This document shows, piece after piece, positions 9,233-19,634 of a stretch of 40,782 nucleotides of DNA. The notes under the pieces are model-generated. The model searched no databases. It had not been told where the DNA came from and was given only the letters and a program-made list of their open reading frames with translations. Made by a program: the position numbers and the translations under genes. The stretch comes from an uncultured Rikenella sp. GTDB lineage: Bacteria; Bacteroidota; Bacteroidia; Bacteroidales; Rikenellaceae. The stretch's first letter is position 1, and each line of letters starts with the position of its first letter. Location of the stretch: NCBI GenBank assembly GCA_964486945.1, contig CAZAPI010000001.1, positions 1-40,782 on the forward strand, read 5' to 3'.

Positions 9233-9519
9233 TCAGACAGCCCGTGACATCGAACTCCGCCATTTGCAATACAACGGATAGCGTGGATTACCCCAAACCG
9301 TCAGAGCACCGATTTCCAACCACGACCGCGCATCGCCCAATATGTTATGAATGTCCCGAAAAGCATCTTTCGGGTACTGCCGGCAACCGATCCCGCTACC
9401 GAAAGCAGCTGACACCTCCGCCACCGGATATTTTCGAGCTATCTCGCGAATTTCGTCCAAATTACGCCGGACATCTCTTCGGAATTGGCCTTGGCCAAAT
9501 TGTCGGGATCGGTCGCCCG
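9233..9519 (-). pseudogene. Truncated, frameshifted DUF1643-like protein relic
   Basis: One frame reads RATDPDNLAKANSEEM. After a 1-nt loss near 9470 the other frame reads RRNLDEIREIARKY..VSAAFG..LEIGALTVWGNPRYPLY, matching recalled DUF1643 motifs RAT.P..L, AAWG and TK.G.PRHPLY. The N-terminal NPS motif is absent. Confidence 0.6.
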
Positions 9520-9713
9520 GCTCCACAAAGACAGAAAATGTTTTGTAACGTATCGCCCGGTAAAATTCGGTGAAATTTCCGAAAAATGCGCTATTGCAGC
9601 GAATCTATGCTTTATCTATGTCATGCAACAGCACAGACCTGCACCTTTTATCGACATGCCGTTTGCGATAATGGATTTCGAATACAAGCCGCAACGACCA
9701 TGAAAAAGCACCC

Positions 9714-11639
9714 CTACTCCGAGACCAGCGCCACACCCCCGTCGCTCGATTGCCGCACACGTCCCTCCGCCAACAATCGCCTCAGCATCGTCAGCACAAT
9801 CATCGGCCTTCCCGGCACCTGCGCCATCAACGTCCGCAGCATGATCGACCGTCCCTGAGGCATCTCGGAGAGCACCCGCATGATCTCCTTTTTGATCCCC
9901 GCAAACGCATCGCTCTCGCGAAACATATCCTCCGTTCGCCGCGACAGGCAGACATCGCACACCCCGCACGGCTCCGGACTCTTTTCGTCGAAATACTCGC
10001 GCAGCAACACACTGCGGCACTGCGACCCATTCTCCGCATATTCCGACATCGCCGAAGCCCGAAGCTCCTCCATCTCCCGGCGCCGGTGGTACGTCACCGG
10101 GGCGATCACCACATCCTCCGCAGGAAGCCGCTCCTCCTGCAAGATCAGCAGCGGCGAGCTCCGCCGCGGGATATAGCGGATCACCCGCATCACCGAAAGC
10201 TGGTAAAGCAACTCCTTGACCCGCTGCTCCGTGTATCCCGACATTTTGGCGATATACTTCTCGTCCACCGCCACGAACTCCGTAAAAAGACCCGTGTACA
10301 ACCGTAAGATAATCCGCAGGAAGCTGTCCAGCTCCGTGCGGTCCACCTGCAACTTGTAAAGCTCCTCGCGCGAGGTGCGGAACATGATCCGCGTAGGATT
10401 GTCCAGCACGTCCGTCAGCGTCATATAGCCGTTCAGCTCCAGCAGTTTAATGGCATTGAACACCGTCAGCGGGAACAACTTGAACCGCGCGGCGAACTCC
10501 TGCATGTCGAAATCGAAGACCGCATCCTTGCCCCCGCCCACCGTCACCTGCAAGTGGTTGAAGATCGCCTCGTACACCTTTTTCACGGTATCGAGCGGCG
10601 GATAGGCCGTCTCGATCCGCTGCCGGGCCGCCAGCGAATCCATTCGGTTGTAAAGCAAAACCGCATACGACGGCAGCCCGTCACGCCCGGCGCGCCCCGC
10701 TTCCTGGTAATACGCCTCCAGCGATGCAGGCATCTGGTCATGGATCACAAAACGCACGTCCGCCTTGTCGATCCCCATGCCGAACGCGTTGGTCGCCACG
10801 ATCACCCGCACCTCGCCCCGCAGCCACGCCTCCTGCCTCGCAGCCCGCATCCGGAACCCCAGTCCCGCATGGTAAAAATCCGCCGACACCCCCTCCGCCG
10901 TCAACTGCGCCGCTATCTCCTCCGTCGCCTTGCGCGTGCGGGCATAGACGATCCCCGCCCCACCCACACCCCGGATAACGCGGAGCATCTGCTCCATCTT
11001 GTTCTCCCCGTGCCGCACCACGAAACTGATATTGGGCCGCGCGAACGAGCCCCGGAACACCTTCGCATCGTCGAGCTTCAGGTGCAGTTTGATGTCCTCC
11101 AGCACCAGCGACGTCGCCGTGGCCGTCACCGCCAGGAACGGCACCTCCGGCAACCACTCCCGCAGCCGCGAAATCTTGAGGTAAGCGGGCCGGAAATCAT
11201 AGCCCCACTCCGAGATACAGTGCGCCTCGTCCACCGCCACCAGCGACACCTCCATCTTCCGCACCCGCGTATGGAAAATACGCGTATCGATCCGCTCCGG
11301 AGCAATGTAGAGCAGCTTCACATCCCCATACACGCAGTTGTCCAACGCAATGTCGATCTCCCTGGCCGACATGGCCGAATGGATCGCCACCGCATTGATC
11401 CGCAGCCGCCGCAGAGCATCCACCTGGTCTTTCATCAGGGCAATCAAAGGGGTAATGACGATCGTCACCCCAGGGAGCGCCAACGCAGGCACCTGGTACG
11501 TGAGCGATTTCCCTCCCCCGGTCGGCAACAGCGCGACGGTGTCGCACCCAGCGAGCACCGAGCCGATGATCTCGCGCTGCAAAGGCCGGAACTCCTTGTA
11601 GCCCCAGTATTTTTCGAGTATTTCCTGAATATCCGCCAT
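9714..11639 (-). CDS. recQ: RecQ-family ATP-dependent DNA helicase
   Basis: 641 aa; LPTGGGKS, DEAHCISEWGYDFRP, ATNAFGMGIDK, YYQEAGRAGRDG, C-terminal Zn motif CR...YF...CGVCDVC; no obvious HRDC domain. Confidence 0.95.
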   Translation of the reverse strand: MADIQEILEKYWGYKEFRPLQREIIGSVLAGCDTVALLPTGGGKSLTYQVPALALPGVTIVITPLIALMKDQVDALRRLRINAVAIHSAMSAREIDIALDNCVYGDVKLLYIAPERIDTRIFHTRVRKMEVSLVAVDEAHCISEWGYDFRPAYLKISRLREWLPEVPFLAVTATATSLVLEDIKLHLKLDDAKVFRGSFARPNISFVVRHGENKMEQMLRVIRGVGGAGIVYARTRKATEEIAAQLTAEGVSADFYHAGLGFRMRAARQEAWLRGEVRVIVATNAFGMGIDKADVRFVIHDQMPASLEAYYQEAGRAGRDGLPSYAVLLYNRMDSLAARQRIETAYPPLDTVKKVYEAIFNHLQVTVGGGKDAVFDFDMQEFAARFKLFPLTVFNAIKLLELNGYMTLTDVLDNPTRIMFRTSREELYKLQVDRTELDSFLRIILRLYTGLFTEFVAVDEKYIAKMSGYTEQRVKELLYQLSVMRVIRYIPRRSSPLLILQEERLPAEDVVIAPVTYHRRREMEELRASAMSEYAENGSQCRSVLLREYFDEKSPEPCGVCDVCLSRRTEDMFRESDAFAGIKKEIMRVLSEMPQGRSIMLRTLMAQVPGRPMIVLTMLRRLLAEGRVRQSSDGGVALVSE

Positions 11640-11677
11640 AACGACTTGTCGGACCGCCGCCGACCCGCATGATTAAA

Positions 11678-11685
11678 CAAAATTA
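11678..11685 (-). promoter_or_regulatory. -7 box (TAATTTTG) for recQ
   Basis: Exact TAnnTTTG in the AT-rich divergent spacer, 38 nt upstream of the recQ ATG. Confidence 0.55.
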
Positions 11686-11698
11686 CGCAAATTAATGT

Positions 11699-11706
11699 TA
11701 CCTTTG
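11699..11706 (+). promoter_or_regulatory. -7 box (TACCTTTG) for rpe-ABC-F-rlmB
   Basis: Exact TAnnTTTG followed by CG; also argues against the ORF-track start at 11695. Confidence 0.65.
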
Positions 11707-11772
11707 CGACTGTCCGTCCGGAAACGATTCCGGCCGGCACTGAACCAGACCGTATTTAAGACCGATCCAGCC

Positions 11773-12423
11773 ATGCCGCGCATCATCTCCCCTTCGTTCC
11801 TCTCCGCTGACTTCCTGCACCTTGGCGATGCCGCCGAAACGGTAAACCGCAGCCGGGCCGAGTGGTTCCACCTCGACGTGATGGACGGCATGTTCGTGCC
11901 GAATATCAGCTTCGGGCTGCCGGTGGTCAAAGCGCTGCGGAAAGCCACCGACAAGGTGCTGGACGTGCACCTGATGATCGTGCAGCCGGAACGCTACGTA
12001 GCCGATTTCAAGGCCGCCGGCGCGGACTACCTGACGGTGCATGTCGAGGCGTCGACCCACCTGCACCGGACGCTACATGCCATCCGCGATGCCGGAATGC
12101 GGGCCGGCGTGGCGCTCAATCCGCACACGCCGGTATGCTCCATCGAAGAGGTGGCGGCCATGGCAGACATGGTGCTCATCATGAGCGTCAATCCGGGGTT
12201 CGGAGGGCAACAATTCATCGCATCCTCGTTGGACAAAGTAAGCCGTACGCGCGAACTTCTGCTACGGAAAAACAGCCCCGCGCTCATACAGGTAGACGGG
12301 GGCGTGAACAAAGACAACGCCGCCCAGCTTTTCGCCGCAGGTGCCGACGTTCTGGTAGCGGGCAACGCCGTTTTCGGGGCGGATGACCCCGTAGCGGCCA
12401 TCCAACAGTTGATCGAGGCGTAA
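11773..12423 (+). CDS. rpe: Ribulose-phosphate 3-epimerase
   Basis: ISPSFLSADF, HLDVMDGMFVPN, DVHLM, MSVNPGFGGQ, VDGGV, LVAG. Start set at ATG 11773. Confidence 0.97.
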   Translation: MPRIISPSFLSADFLHLGDAAETVNRSRAEWFHLDVMDGMFVPNISFGLPVVKALRKATDKVLDVHLMIVQPERYVADFKAAGADYLTVHVEASTHLHRTLHAIRDAGMRAGVALNPHTPVCSIEEVAAMADMVLIMSVNPGFGGQQFIASSLDKVSRTRELLLRKNSPALIQVDGGVNKDNAAQLFAAGADVLVAGNAVFGADDPVAAIQQLIEA

Positions 12424-12458
12424 CGCCCCGGATTTTCCACACAAGACTTTATCCCGAC

Positions 12459-14441
12459 ATGTTATCCATAGATAATCTGACCGTTTCGTTCGGCGGAACC
12501 GACCTGTTCCGCGACGTATCCTTCCTGATCAATGCCAAAGAGCGCATCGGGCTGGTGGGCAAGAACGGAGCCGGCAAATCGACCATACTTAAGCTCATAG
12601 CAGGCTTGCAGACGCCCACTTCGGGCACCATATCCAAGACCGCGGAGTGCACCATCGGCTACCTGCCCCAGCAGATGCGCGTAGCCGACGACACCGACCT
12701 CATCACCGAATGCGGCAAGGCGTTCGCCGAAATCATCGACCTCGAAAACGAGATCGCCTACTGCACCGAACAAATCTCGGTACGCACCGACTACGAATCG
12801 GCAGAGTACGAAAAACTGCTCCACCGACTGCACGACGCCACCGAGCGATACCACCTGCTGGACGGCGACAACCGCGACGCAGAGGTCGAAAAGACCCTCC
12901 TCGGGCTGGGTTTCAAACGCGAAGAGTTCAACCGGCCGACCTCCACATTCTCAGGCGGGTGGCGCATGCGCATCGAGCTGACCAAACTGCTCCTGAGAAA
13001 GCCGACGCTGTTCCTGCTCGACGAACCGACCAACCACCTTGACATCGAGAGTATCCAGTGGCTCGAAACCTACCTGCAGAACTACGGCGGAGCAGTGATC
13101 CTGATCTCGCACGACCGGGCTTTCCTCGACAACGTGACCAATCGGACCATCGAGATCTCCTGCGGACGGGCCACAGACTACAAAGTACCTTACAGCCGGT
13201 ATGTGGAGCTGCGCGCCGAGCGGCGGCAGCAGCAGATAGCAGCCTACGAGAACCAGCAGCGGATGATCGAAAAGACAGAGGAGTTCATCGAGAAATTCCG
13301 CTACAAACCGACCAAATCGAACCAGGTACAGTCCCGCATCAAGCAACTCGACAAGATCGAACGCATCGAAGTCGAAGACGAGGATAACGCAACCCTGAAC
13401 ATCCGCTTCCCGGCGGCTCCGCGCTCCGGACAGATCGTCGTCGAAGCCAAGGAGGCGGGCATGACTTTCCCGGCCATCGGGGACAAAAAAGAAAAACATG
13501 TCTTTTCGGGAGCCAATATAGTGGTTGAGCGAGGCGAAAAGGTAGCCCTCGTGGGACGGAACGGCGAGGGAAAGACCACTTTCGTACGGATGGTGCTGAA
13601 CGAGATCGCCGCAACCGAGGGTTCCACCAGAACGGGGCATAACGTGCATATCGGTTACTTCGCCCAGAACCAGGACGACCTGATGGACGGCGAGTTCACG
13701 GTATTCGACACGCTGGACCGGGTCGCTGTGGGGGACATACGCACCCGCCTGCGGGATATACTGGGCGCATTCCTGTTCCGGGGCGAGGAGATCGACAAAA
13801 AGGTCAAAGTGTTGAGCGGCGGCGAGCGGTCGCGGCTGGCGATGGCCCAGCTGATGCTGGAGCCGTACAACCTGCTGATCCTCGACGAACCGACCAACCA
13901 CATGGACATGCGGTCGAAAGATATCCTCAAGCGCGCATTGATGGCCTACGACGGGACGGTGCTGGTGATCTCGCACGACCGCGAATTCCTGGACGGACTG
14001 GTGAGCAAAGTCTACGAATTCCGCGACGGGCGGATCAAAGAGCACTTGGGAGGCATATATGACTTCCTGCGCGCGCGACAGATCGAAAATATGCGCGAAA
14101 TCGAACGGGCGGCTCCTAAAACAGAAGCCAAGCCTGCGCCCGCAAAGGAGTCGCAGAAACCCGTGCCTGCACCGGAAAAGAAACAACCGGAACTTTCTTA
14201 CGCAGAGAAGAAAGAGCGCGACCGGAAAGTGACAAGACTGCGGAACGCCGTCGCCAAACTGGAGGCTGAAATTGCAGACCTCGAAGCCAAGACTTCGGAG
14301 CTGGACGCGCAGCTGATGGACCCGGCCCGATACACGATGGCCCTGTTCGAAGAGTACAACCAACTGAAAACCAAACTGGACGCCAAGATGCAGGAGTGGA
14401 CCGAAGCGACCGAAAAATTAGAAGAATATGGCATACAATGA
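12459..14441 (+). CDS. ABC-F family ribosome-associated ATPase
   Basis: 660 aa; two ABC domains (GKNGAGKS/FSGGW/LLDEPTNHLD and GRNGEGKT/LSGGE/LDEPTNHMD), inter-domain linker, C-terminal coiled coil, no TM segments. Confidence 0.93.
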   Translation: MLSIDNLTVSFGGTDLFRDVSFLINAKERIGLVGKNGAGKSTILKLIAGLQTPTSGTISKTAECTIGYLPQQMRVADDTDLITECGKAFAEIIDLENEIAYCTEQISVRTDYESAEYEKLLHRLHDATERYHLLDGDNRDAEVEKTLLGLGFKREEFNRPTSTFSGGWRMRIELTKLLLRKPTLFLLDEPTNHLDIESIQWLETYLQNYGGAVILISHDRAFLDNVTNRTIEISCGRATDYKVPYSRYVELRAERRQQQIAAYENQQRMIEKTEEFIEKFRYKPTKSNQVQSRIKQLDKIERIEVEDEDNATLNIRFPAAPRSGQIVVEAKEAGMTFPAIGDKKEKHVFSGANIVVERGEKVALVGRNGEGKTTFVRMVLNEIAATEGSTRTGHNVHIGYFAQNQDDLMDGEFTVFDTLDRVAVGDIRTRLRDILGAFLFRGEEIDKKVKVLSGGERSRLAMAQLMLEPYNLLILDEPTNHMDMRSKDILKRALMAYDGTVLVISHDREFLDGLVSKVYEFRDGRIKEHLGGIYDFLRARQIENMREIERAAPKTEAKPAPAKESQKPVPAPEKKQPELSYAEKKERDRKVTRLRNAVAKLEAEIADLEAKTSELDAQLMDPARYTMALFEEYNQLKTKLDAKMQEWTEATEKLEEYGIQ

Positions 14442-15429
14442 CGATAAGCCGGTAAAAAAGAGCTTCTTCCGCCGCGAATCGGACACCGAAGCACGCGACC
14501 TGCCGGAAATGCACACTCCGAGACCTGAGCGCACAGAACGTAGCGCACACAGGCCCTACGGAAAACCCGCGGGACACACCTTCGGCAAGCCGGACCGGAA
14601 ATCCGCAAGCTCGAAACCTGCCTACACAAAGAATAAAGAAGAAAAAGTGCCGGAGAACATTATTTTCGGCATCCACCCCGTGCGCGAAGCGATCGAGGTG
14701 GGGACGGAGATCGAAAAGATCTATTTCCGCAAGACGGCAGGCGAATCGCTGACAGCGGCGGAGCGCACGAACATTGGCGCGGCGAACGCCCTGCGCGAGC
14801 AAGCCGAAGAGGCGGGAATTCATATTCAGGAGGTGCCGGTGGAAAAGCTGAACCGGCTGACCCGCAATGGAAACCACCAGGGAGTCGTGGCCGTCGTGGC
14901 AGCAATCGCCTACAAAGACATCAACGAACTGGCCGAAGAGCTTGAGGCACAGATCGCCGCCGGCGACGCGCCGCTGGTGATGCTGATGGATTCGGTGACC
15001 GACATCCGCAACTTCGGAGCCATCGCCCGGAGCGCAGAGTGCGCAGGAGCCGCAGCGCTTATTATGCCCGCCAAAAATTCGGCCCCGGTCAATGCCGAAG
15101 CAATCAAAAGCTCGGCCGGGGCACTGACCCTGATCCCGGTCAGCCGCGTGGGCTCCCTGAAAAGAGCCATCGCTTTGCTGAAGAATATCGGCATGCAGTG
15201 CGTGGCAGCGACGGAAAAGAGCGACACGCTCGTTTACGAGGCCGATTTCACCAAACCCACCGTCATCGTGATGGGGGCCGAAGACAAAGGCATCTCACGC
15301 GACATACTGAACCTGTGCGACATACAGGCCGGCATACCGCTCGTGGGACGGATCGAATCGCTGAACGTCAGCGCAGCGGCGGCAATCATCCTGTTCGAAG
15401 CACGGCGGCAACAGTTCGAAAACCAATAA
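14428..15429 (+). CDS. rlmB: 23S rRNA (guanosine 2251-2'-O)-methyltransferase, SpoU/TrmH family
   Basis: FGIHPVREAI, NHQGVVA, VTDIRNFGAIARSA, MGAEDKGI, IESLNVSAA; extra N-terminal extension of about 76 aa. Confidence 0.9.
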   Translation: MAYNDDKPVKKSFFRRESDTEARDLPEMHTPRPERTERSAHRPYGKPAGHTFGKPDRKSASSKPAYTKNKEEKVPENIIFGIHPVREAIEVGTEIEKIYFRKTAGESLTAAERTNIGAANALREQAEEAGIHIQEVPVEKLNRLTRNGNHQGVVAVVAAIAYKDINELAEELEAQIAAGDAPLVMLMDSVTDIRNFGAIARSAECAGAAALIMPAKNSAPVNAEAIKSSAGALTLIPVSRVGSLKRAIALLKNIGMQCVAATEKSDTLVYEADFTKPTVIVMGAEDKGISRDILNLCDIQAGIPLVGRIESLNVSAAAAIILFEARRQQFENQ

Positions 15430-15518
15430 GTCATCCTTGCATATCGGAATGCCCCGTACCGCTTGCCGTTACCGCCTATAAAAAAGCGCGCCGATGGCTA
15501 CAAAGCAGAAAAAAGTTC

Positions 15519-15526
15519 TATATTTG
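15519..15526 (+). promoter_or_regulatory. -7 box (TATATTTG) for uppS-bamA-skp
   Basis: Exact TAnnTTTG+CG about 97 nt upstream of uppS. Confidence 0.65.
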
Positions 15527-15623
15527 CGTGTTGCATAGTGTGGCAGGCCCACACCGCAGGGACGTTTCCCGCATTTTCCGCCCCCCTACGGGATACGGCA
15601 ACGGGAGACCGTGTTGATTATTT

Positions 15624-16370
15624 ATGGTACAAAACGACAACCACATACCTTCCGCACCGACGCTTGACAAAGTGCCGCAGCACGTAGCCGTCATCATGGA
15701 CGGCAACGGGCGGTGGGCGAAAGACCAGGGTGAAGAACGCCTTTACGGTCACCGGCACGGCGTGGAAGCCGTGCGCAGCGTGGTACAGACGGCGGCGGAA
15801 GCGGGTGTCAGGTACCTGACCATATACGCTTTCTCGACCGAAAACTGGGGCCGGCCCACCGAAGAGGTGGACGGCATCATGTCCCTGATCGCACAGGCTA
15901 TACTCTCCGAGCTGGACACCCTGACCGGCGCCGGGATCCGGATGCGATTTATCGGCGATCGCGCTTCGCTGCCCGCACCTTTGCAGGAGAGCATCCGTCT
16001 CGCCGAAGCTGCGGCTATTCCGGCGGAAAAACTGCGGATGACCCTGAACATAGCGCTCAACTACAGTTCCCGCTGGGAATTGACACGAGCCATACAACAA
16101 ATCGCAGCCGCCGCGAGAGACGGAAATCTCCGGCCGGAAGAGATCACCCAAGAAACCGTTTCGAACCATCTAACCACCGCCGGCATGCCGGACCCGGAGC
16201 TGCTGATCCGCACCAGCGGAGAGCTGCGCCTGAGCAACTTCCTGCTCTGGCAGCTGTCATACACCGAACTGTACTTCACCGACACCCTGTGGCCGGCGTT
16301 CGGAAGAGAGCAGATGCTGGCCGCCCTCCGGGAATACGGACGGCGCAAGCGCCGCTTCGGACGCCTATAA
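15624..16370 (+). CDS. uppS: Undecaprenyl diphosphate synthase (isoprenyl transferase)
   Basis: PQHVAVIMDGNGRWA, YAFSTENWGRP, ALNYSSR, LIRTSGELRLSNFLLWQLSY, RRFG. Confidence 0.97.
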   Translation: MVQNDNHIPSAPTLDKVPQHVAVIMDGNGRWAKDQGEERLYGHRHGVEAVRSVVQTAAEAGVRYLTIYAFSTENWGRPTEEVDGIMSLIAQAILSELDTLTGAGIRMRFIGDRASLPAPLQESIRLAEAAAIPAEKLRMTLNIALNYSSRWELTRAIQQIAAAARDGNLRPEEITQETVSNHLTTAGMPDPELLIRTSGELRLSNFLLWQLSYTELYFTDTLWPAFGREQMLAALREYGRRKRRFGRL

Positions 16371-16403
16371 ACCACCCAAACCCAGATCACAAGAGAGAGA
16401 CTA

Positions 16404-19001
16404 ATGAGGATTGCAAGACGACTGATTTTCGCGACACTGGTCACCACCATATGGGCCGCACTCCCGGCCCGAGCCCAACAGATAGCCACCCCCGACTCCA
16501 TATCCCGCGCCATGACGGCCGTTATGCCGATCTACGACTCTCTGCTCGGCAGTTCTGTGGACGACGAACTCGACGTGCTGCCCCGCGTGGATTACAACGA
16601 GACACCGAAACCCTATATCGTAGGGAAAGTGAGAGTGTACGGGGCCGTGGCGGTAGACCCGCAGATGATCATCGACAATCTGGGGATTTCGGTCGGCGAT
16701 ACGATCATGGTACCGGGCGACGCCATTACGATCGCCACCCGCGGCCTGCTCGACCGGCGTTTCTTCGCCAACATGAAAGTGGCGACTTCGTTCCGGGCCG
16801 ACACCATCGACCTGGATCTTTACCTGCGCGAACGGATACAAGTGCGCGGCTGGGACTTTATCGGCATCAAAAGCAGCGAAAAGAAAGAACTTCAAGAGAA
16901 ACTGCGGCTGCGGCAGAATGGAGAACTGTCGGACTACCTGCTCTCCACCTGCATGGACCTGATCCGCAAATACTACGACGACAAAGCATTCCGCAACGCC
17001 AAGATCAGCTATACCGTCACCCCGGACACCCTGATCAAGACGGCGGTGATCGTACATTTCAACATCGAAAAGGGAGACAAAGTGCGCATCGGCGAGATCC
17101 AGTTCGAAGGCAACGACAACCTTTCCGCCAAAAAGCTGGCCCGGTCGATGAAAAAGACCCACAAAGTCAGCTTCAACTTCCTGCGCAGCTCCAAATTCAA
17201 AGAAAAAGACTTCGAAGAAGACCTGGAGAACGTGCGCAATTACGCCCGCTCGCAAGGGTACAGAGACGCCGTGATCGCGGACGACTCCACCTACACCATT
17301 CCGGACAAACCCAAGCGGATGGGTATTTACATCAAGCTGCACGAAGGGGATAAATACCACTACAGGAACATCACCTGGCTGGGCAACACGATCTATCCCA
17401 CTTCCATGCTGGAACAGATGGTCGGCCTGCAACCGGGAGACGTGTACGACAGCGAGACCATGAACACCCGCCTGAACGGGCAAAGTCCCATGGACATGTC
17501 CATCGCCAACACCTACAAAGACCGGGGATACCTGGCCTTTATGGCCGACCCGGTCGAGACCGTCGTGCCGGGCGACTCGGTGGATGTCGAGATACGCATC
17601 ATCGAAGGCAGCCAATTCCGGATCAAGAACGTCACCTTCGACGGGAACACCCGCACCAACGACCATGTGATCCGGCGGGAACTCTCCACCATGCCGGGCG
17701 AGCTGTACAGCCAGGCGTTGCTCATGCGGACCTACCAGCGACTGGCCTCGATGGGGCAGTTCGACGCCGAAACCCTGCTGCCGAACGTCAATCCGAACAT
17801 CCAGCAGGAGCTCGTGGACATCAACTACTCGCTCAAAGAGGTGCCGAACGATCAGCTGGAACTCTCCGGCGGCTGGGGTGCCGGGATGTTCATCGCATCG
17901 GTGGGGATCAACTTTACCAACATATCGCTGCGTAAAATATTCGACAAAAAAGCCTGGCGGCCTTACCCGGCGGGGGACAACCAGACCATCGGGCTGAAAG
18001 TGCAAACCAACGGGAGCTACTACCGCGCTTTGTCCGTAAGCTTTATCGAACCCTGGCTGGGCGGACGCAAACCGACCTCGCTCTCGGTGTCATTCTACAC
18101 CTCGCGCGAGACCGACGCCTACTATGTCGGCCAGAAAGCCACCGCACACTTCGGCACCATCGGGGGTACCATCAGCATCGGCAAACGGCTCAACTGGCCC
18201 GACCCGAACTTCGTGCTCTCCGTAGGGCTGACCATGCAGAGCTACCGCCTCTACAACTGGGACTACTTCCTCGTCAAGGACGGCACCTGCAACACATTGG
18301 CTCTGAACCTGGGGATTTCGCGCAACTCGGTGGACGACATCATGCAATACCCGACGACCGGGTCTAAATTCGACCTGTCGGTAGCCGCAACCCCGCCATG
18401 GTCGGCATTCGACGGCAAGGACTACAGCAAACCGATGACGGACAAAGAGCGCTACCACTGGATCGAATACCACAAATGGAAATTCAACGCCCAATGGTTC
18501 GTGCCCCTCTCCGCAAATAACAAACTGGTGCTCATGACCCGCGCGCAATTCGGCTACTTGGGCAGCTACAACAAGAACAAACCCTCGCCGTTCGAAGGTT
18601 TCCAGATGGGCGGCGACGGCCTTTCGGGATACAGCCTTTATGGGGTGGAAACCATCGGCCTGCGCGGGTACAAAAACAACGCGCTGACTCCGGCAGCCGA
18701 TTACGGGGTGTATGCCCGTATCTTCAGCAAATACACCATCGAGATGCGCTACCCGCTGGTACGGACGAGCGGGACTTTGGTTTACGCGTTGGCATTCGGC
18801 GAAGCCGGGAATGCCTTCCAGCAACTCTCCGAATTCAAACCCTTCAGCCTCAAACGGTCAGCGGGGATCGGCCTGCGCGTCTACCTGCCCTACTTAGGCA
18901 TGCTGGGGATCGACTGGGGCTACGGATTCGACAAGACCAGCGACTCGAACAACAAAGCCGCCGGCGGAAAATTCAGCTTCTCGCTGGGCCAGACTTTTTA
19001 A
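16404..19001 (+). CDS. bamA: Outer membrane protein assembly factor BamA
   Basis: 865 aa; signal peptide, POTRA repeats (FEGND, GNTRTNDHVIRRE), EPWLGG, LRGY loop-6 motif, C-terminal FSFSLGQTF beta-signal; follows uppS. Confidence 0.95.
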   Translation: MRIARRLIFATLVTTIWAALPARAQQIATPDSISRAMTAVMPIYDSLLGSSVDDELDVLPRVDYNETPKPYIVGKVRVYGAVAVDPQMIIDNLGISVGDTIMVPGDAITIATRGLLDRRFFANMKVATSFRADTIDLDLYLRERIQVRGWDFIGIKSSEKKELQEKLRLRQNGELSDYLLSTCMDLIRKYYDDKAFRNAKISYTVTPDTLIKTAVIVHFNIEKGDKVRIGEIQFEGNDNLSAKKLARSMKKTHKVSFNFLRSSKFKEKDFEEDLENVRNYARSQGYRDAVIADDSTYTIPDKPKRMGIYIKLHEGDKYHYRNITWLGNTIYPTSMLEQMVGLQPGDVYDSETMNTRLNGQSPMDMSIANTYKDRGYLAFMADPVETVVPGDSVDVEIRIIEGSQFRIKNVTFDGNTRTNDHVIRRELSTMPGELYSQALLMRTYQRLASMGQFDAETLLPNVNPNIQQELVDINYSLKEVPNDQLELSGGWGAGMFIASVGINFTNISLRKIFDKKAWRPYPAGDNQTIGLKVQTNGSYYRALSVSFIEPWLGGRKPTSLSVSFYTSRETDAYYVGQKATAHFGTIGGTISIGKRLNWPDPNFVLSVGLTMQSYRLYNWDYFLVKDGTCNTLALNLGISRNSVDDIMQYPTTGSKFDLSVAATPPWSAFDGKDYSKPMTDKERYHWIEYHKWKFNAQWFVPLSANNKLVLMTRAQFGYLGSYNKNKPSPFEGFQMGGDGLSGYSLYGVETIGLRGYKNNALTPAADYGVYARIFSKYTIEMRYPLVRTSGTLVYALAFGEAGNAFQQLSEFKPFSLKRSAGIGLRVYLPYLGMLGIDWGYGFDKTSDSNNKAAGGKFSFSLGQTF

Positions 19002-19071
19002 TATCGAAAAAAAGCACGACGTTTGTATAAAGACAACAACTGAAAAATTAATAACACAAGATCCAACGACT

Positions 19072-19602
19072 ATGAAAACCTCACAGAAACTGACCTTCGC
19101 GCTGGCCGCAGCAGCATTCCTGTTCATCGGAACGGGTTCGGCCAACGCACAGCAGAAATTCGGTTACCTCAATTCGCAGGAGCTGATCGCATCCATGCCG
19201 GAAACCGATTCCGTACAGAGCAAAATGAGCGACCTGGGCAAAGAGCTCGAAAGCCAGTTCACCGCCATGCGTACCGAAATGGCCACCAAAGCACAGGAAC
19301 TGCAAAATAACCTGAGCACCCTGTCCGAAACCGTCCGCAAACAGAAAGAGAAAGACCTTTTCGACCTGCAGACCCGCATCGAAGAGTTCCAGCAGTCCGC
19401 GAACCAGGAACTCCAGACCAAACAGGCAGAACTGCTCAAACCGGTTATGGAAAAAGCACAGGCCGCTATCACCAAAGTAGCCAAAGAGCAAAACATGACC
19501 GCCGTGTTCGACCTGGCCGCAGGCCCGCTGCTCTACTACAACGAAGCCCAGATGACCAACCTCCTGCCGCTGGTCAAGCAATCGCTCGGGATCACGAAAT
19601 AA
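19072..19602 (+). CDS. skp: OmpH/Skp periplasmic chaperone
   Basis: Signal peptide ending ANA, QKFGYLNSQEL, long coiled coil, AITKVAKE..VFD; follows bamA. Confidence 0.9.
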   Translation: MKTSQKLTFALAAAAFLFIGTGSANAQQKFGYLNSQELIASMPETDSVQSKMSDLGKELESQFTAMRTEMATKAQELQNNLSTLSETVRKQKEKDLFDLQTRIEEFQQSANQELQTKQAELLKPVMEKAQAAITKVAKEQNMTAVFDLAAGPLLYYNEAQMTNLLPLVKQSLGITK

Positions 19603-19634
19603 ACGGTCTGTCATAGGCCATAGGTAATACACCG

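Noticed and set aside
9586-9858. Plus-strand ORFs in the AT-rich stretch next to the recQ 3' end
   Set aside because: They run antisense into recQ and show no motifs or convincing promoter.
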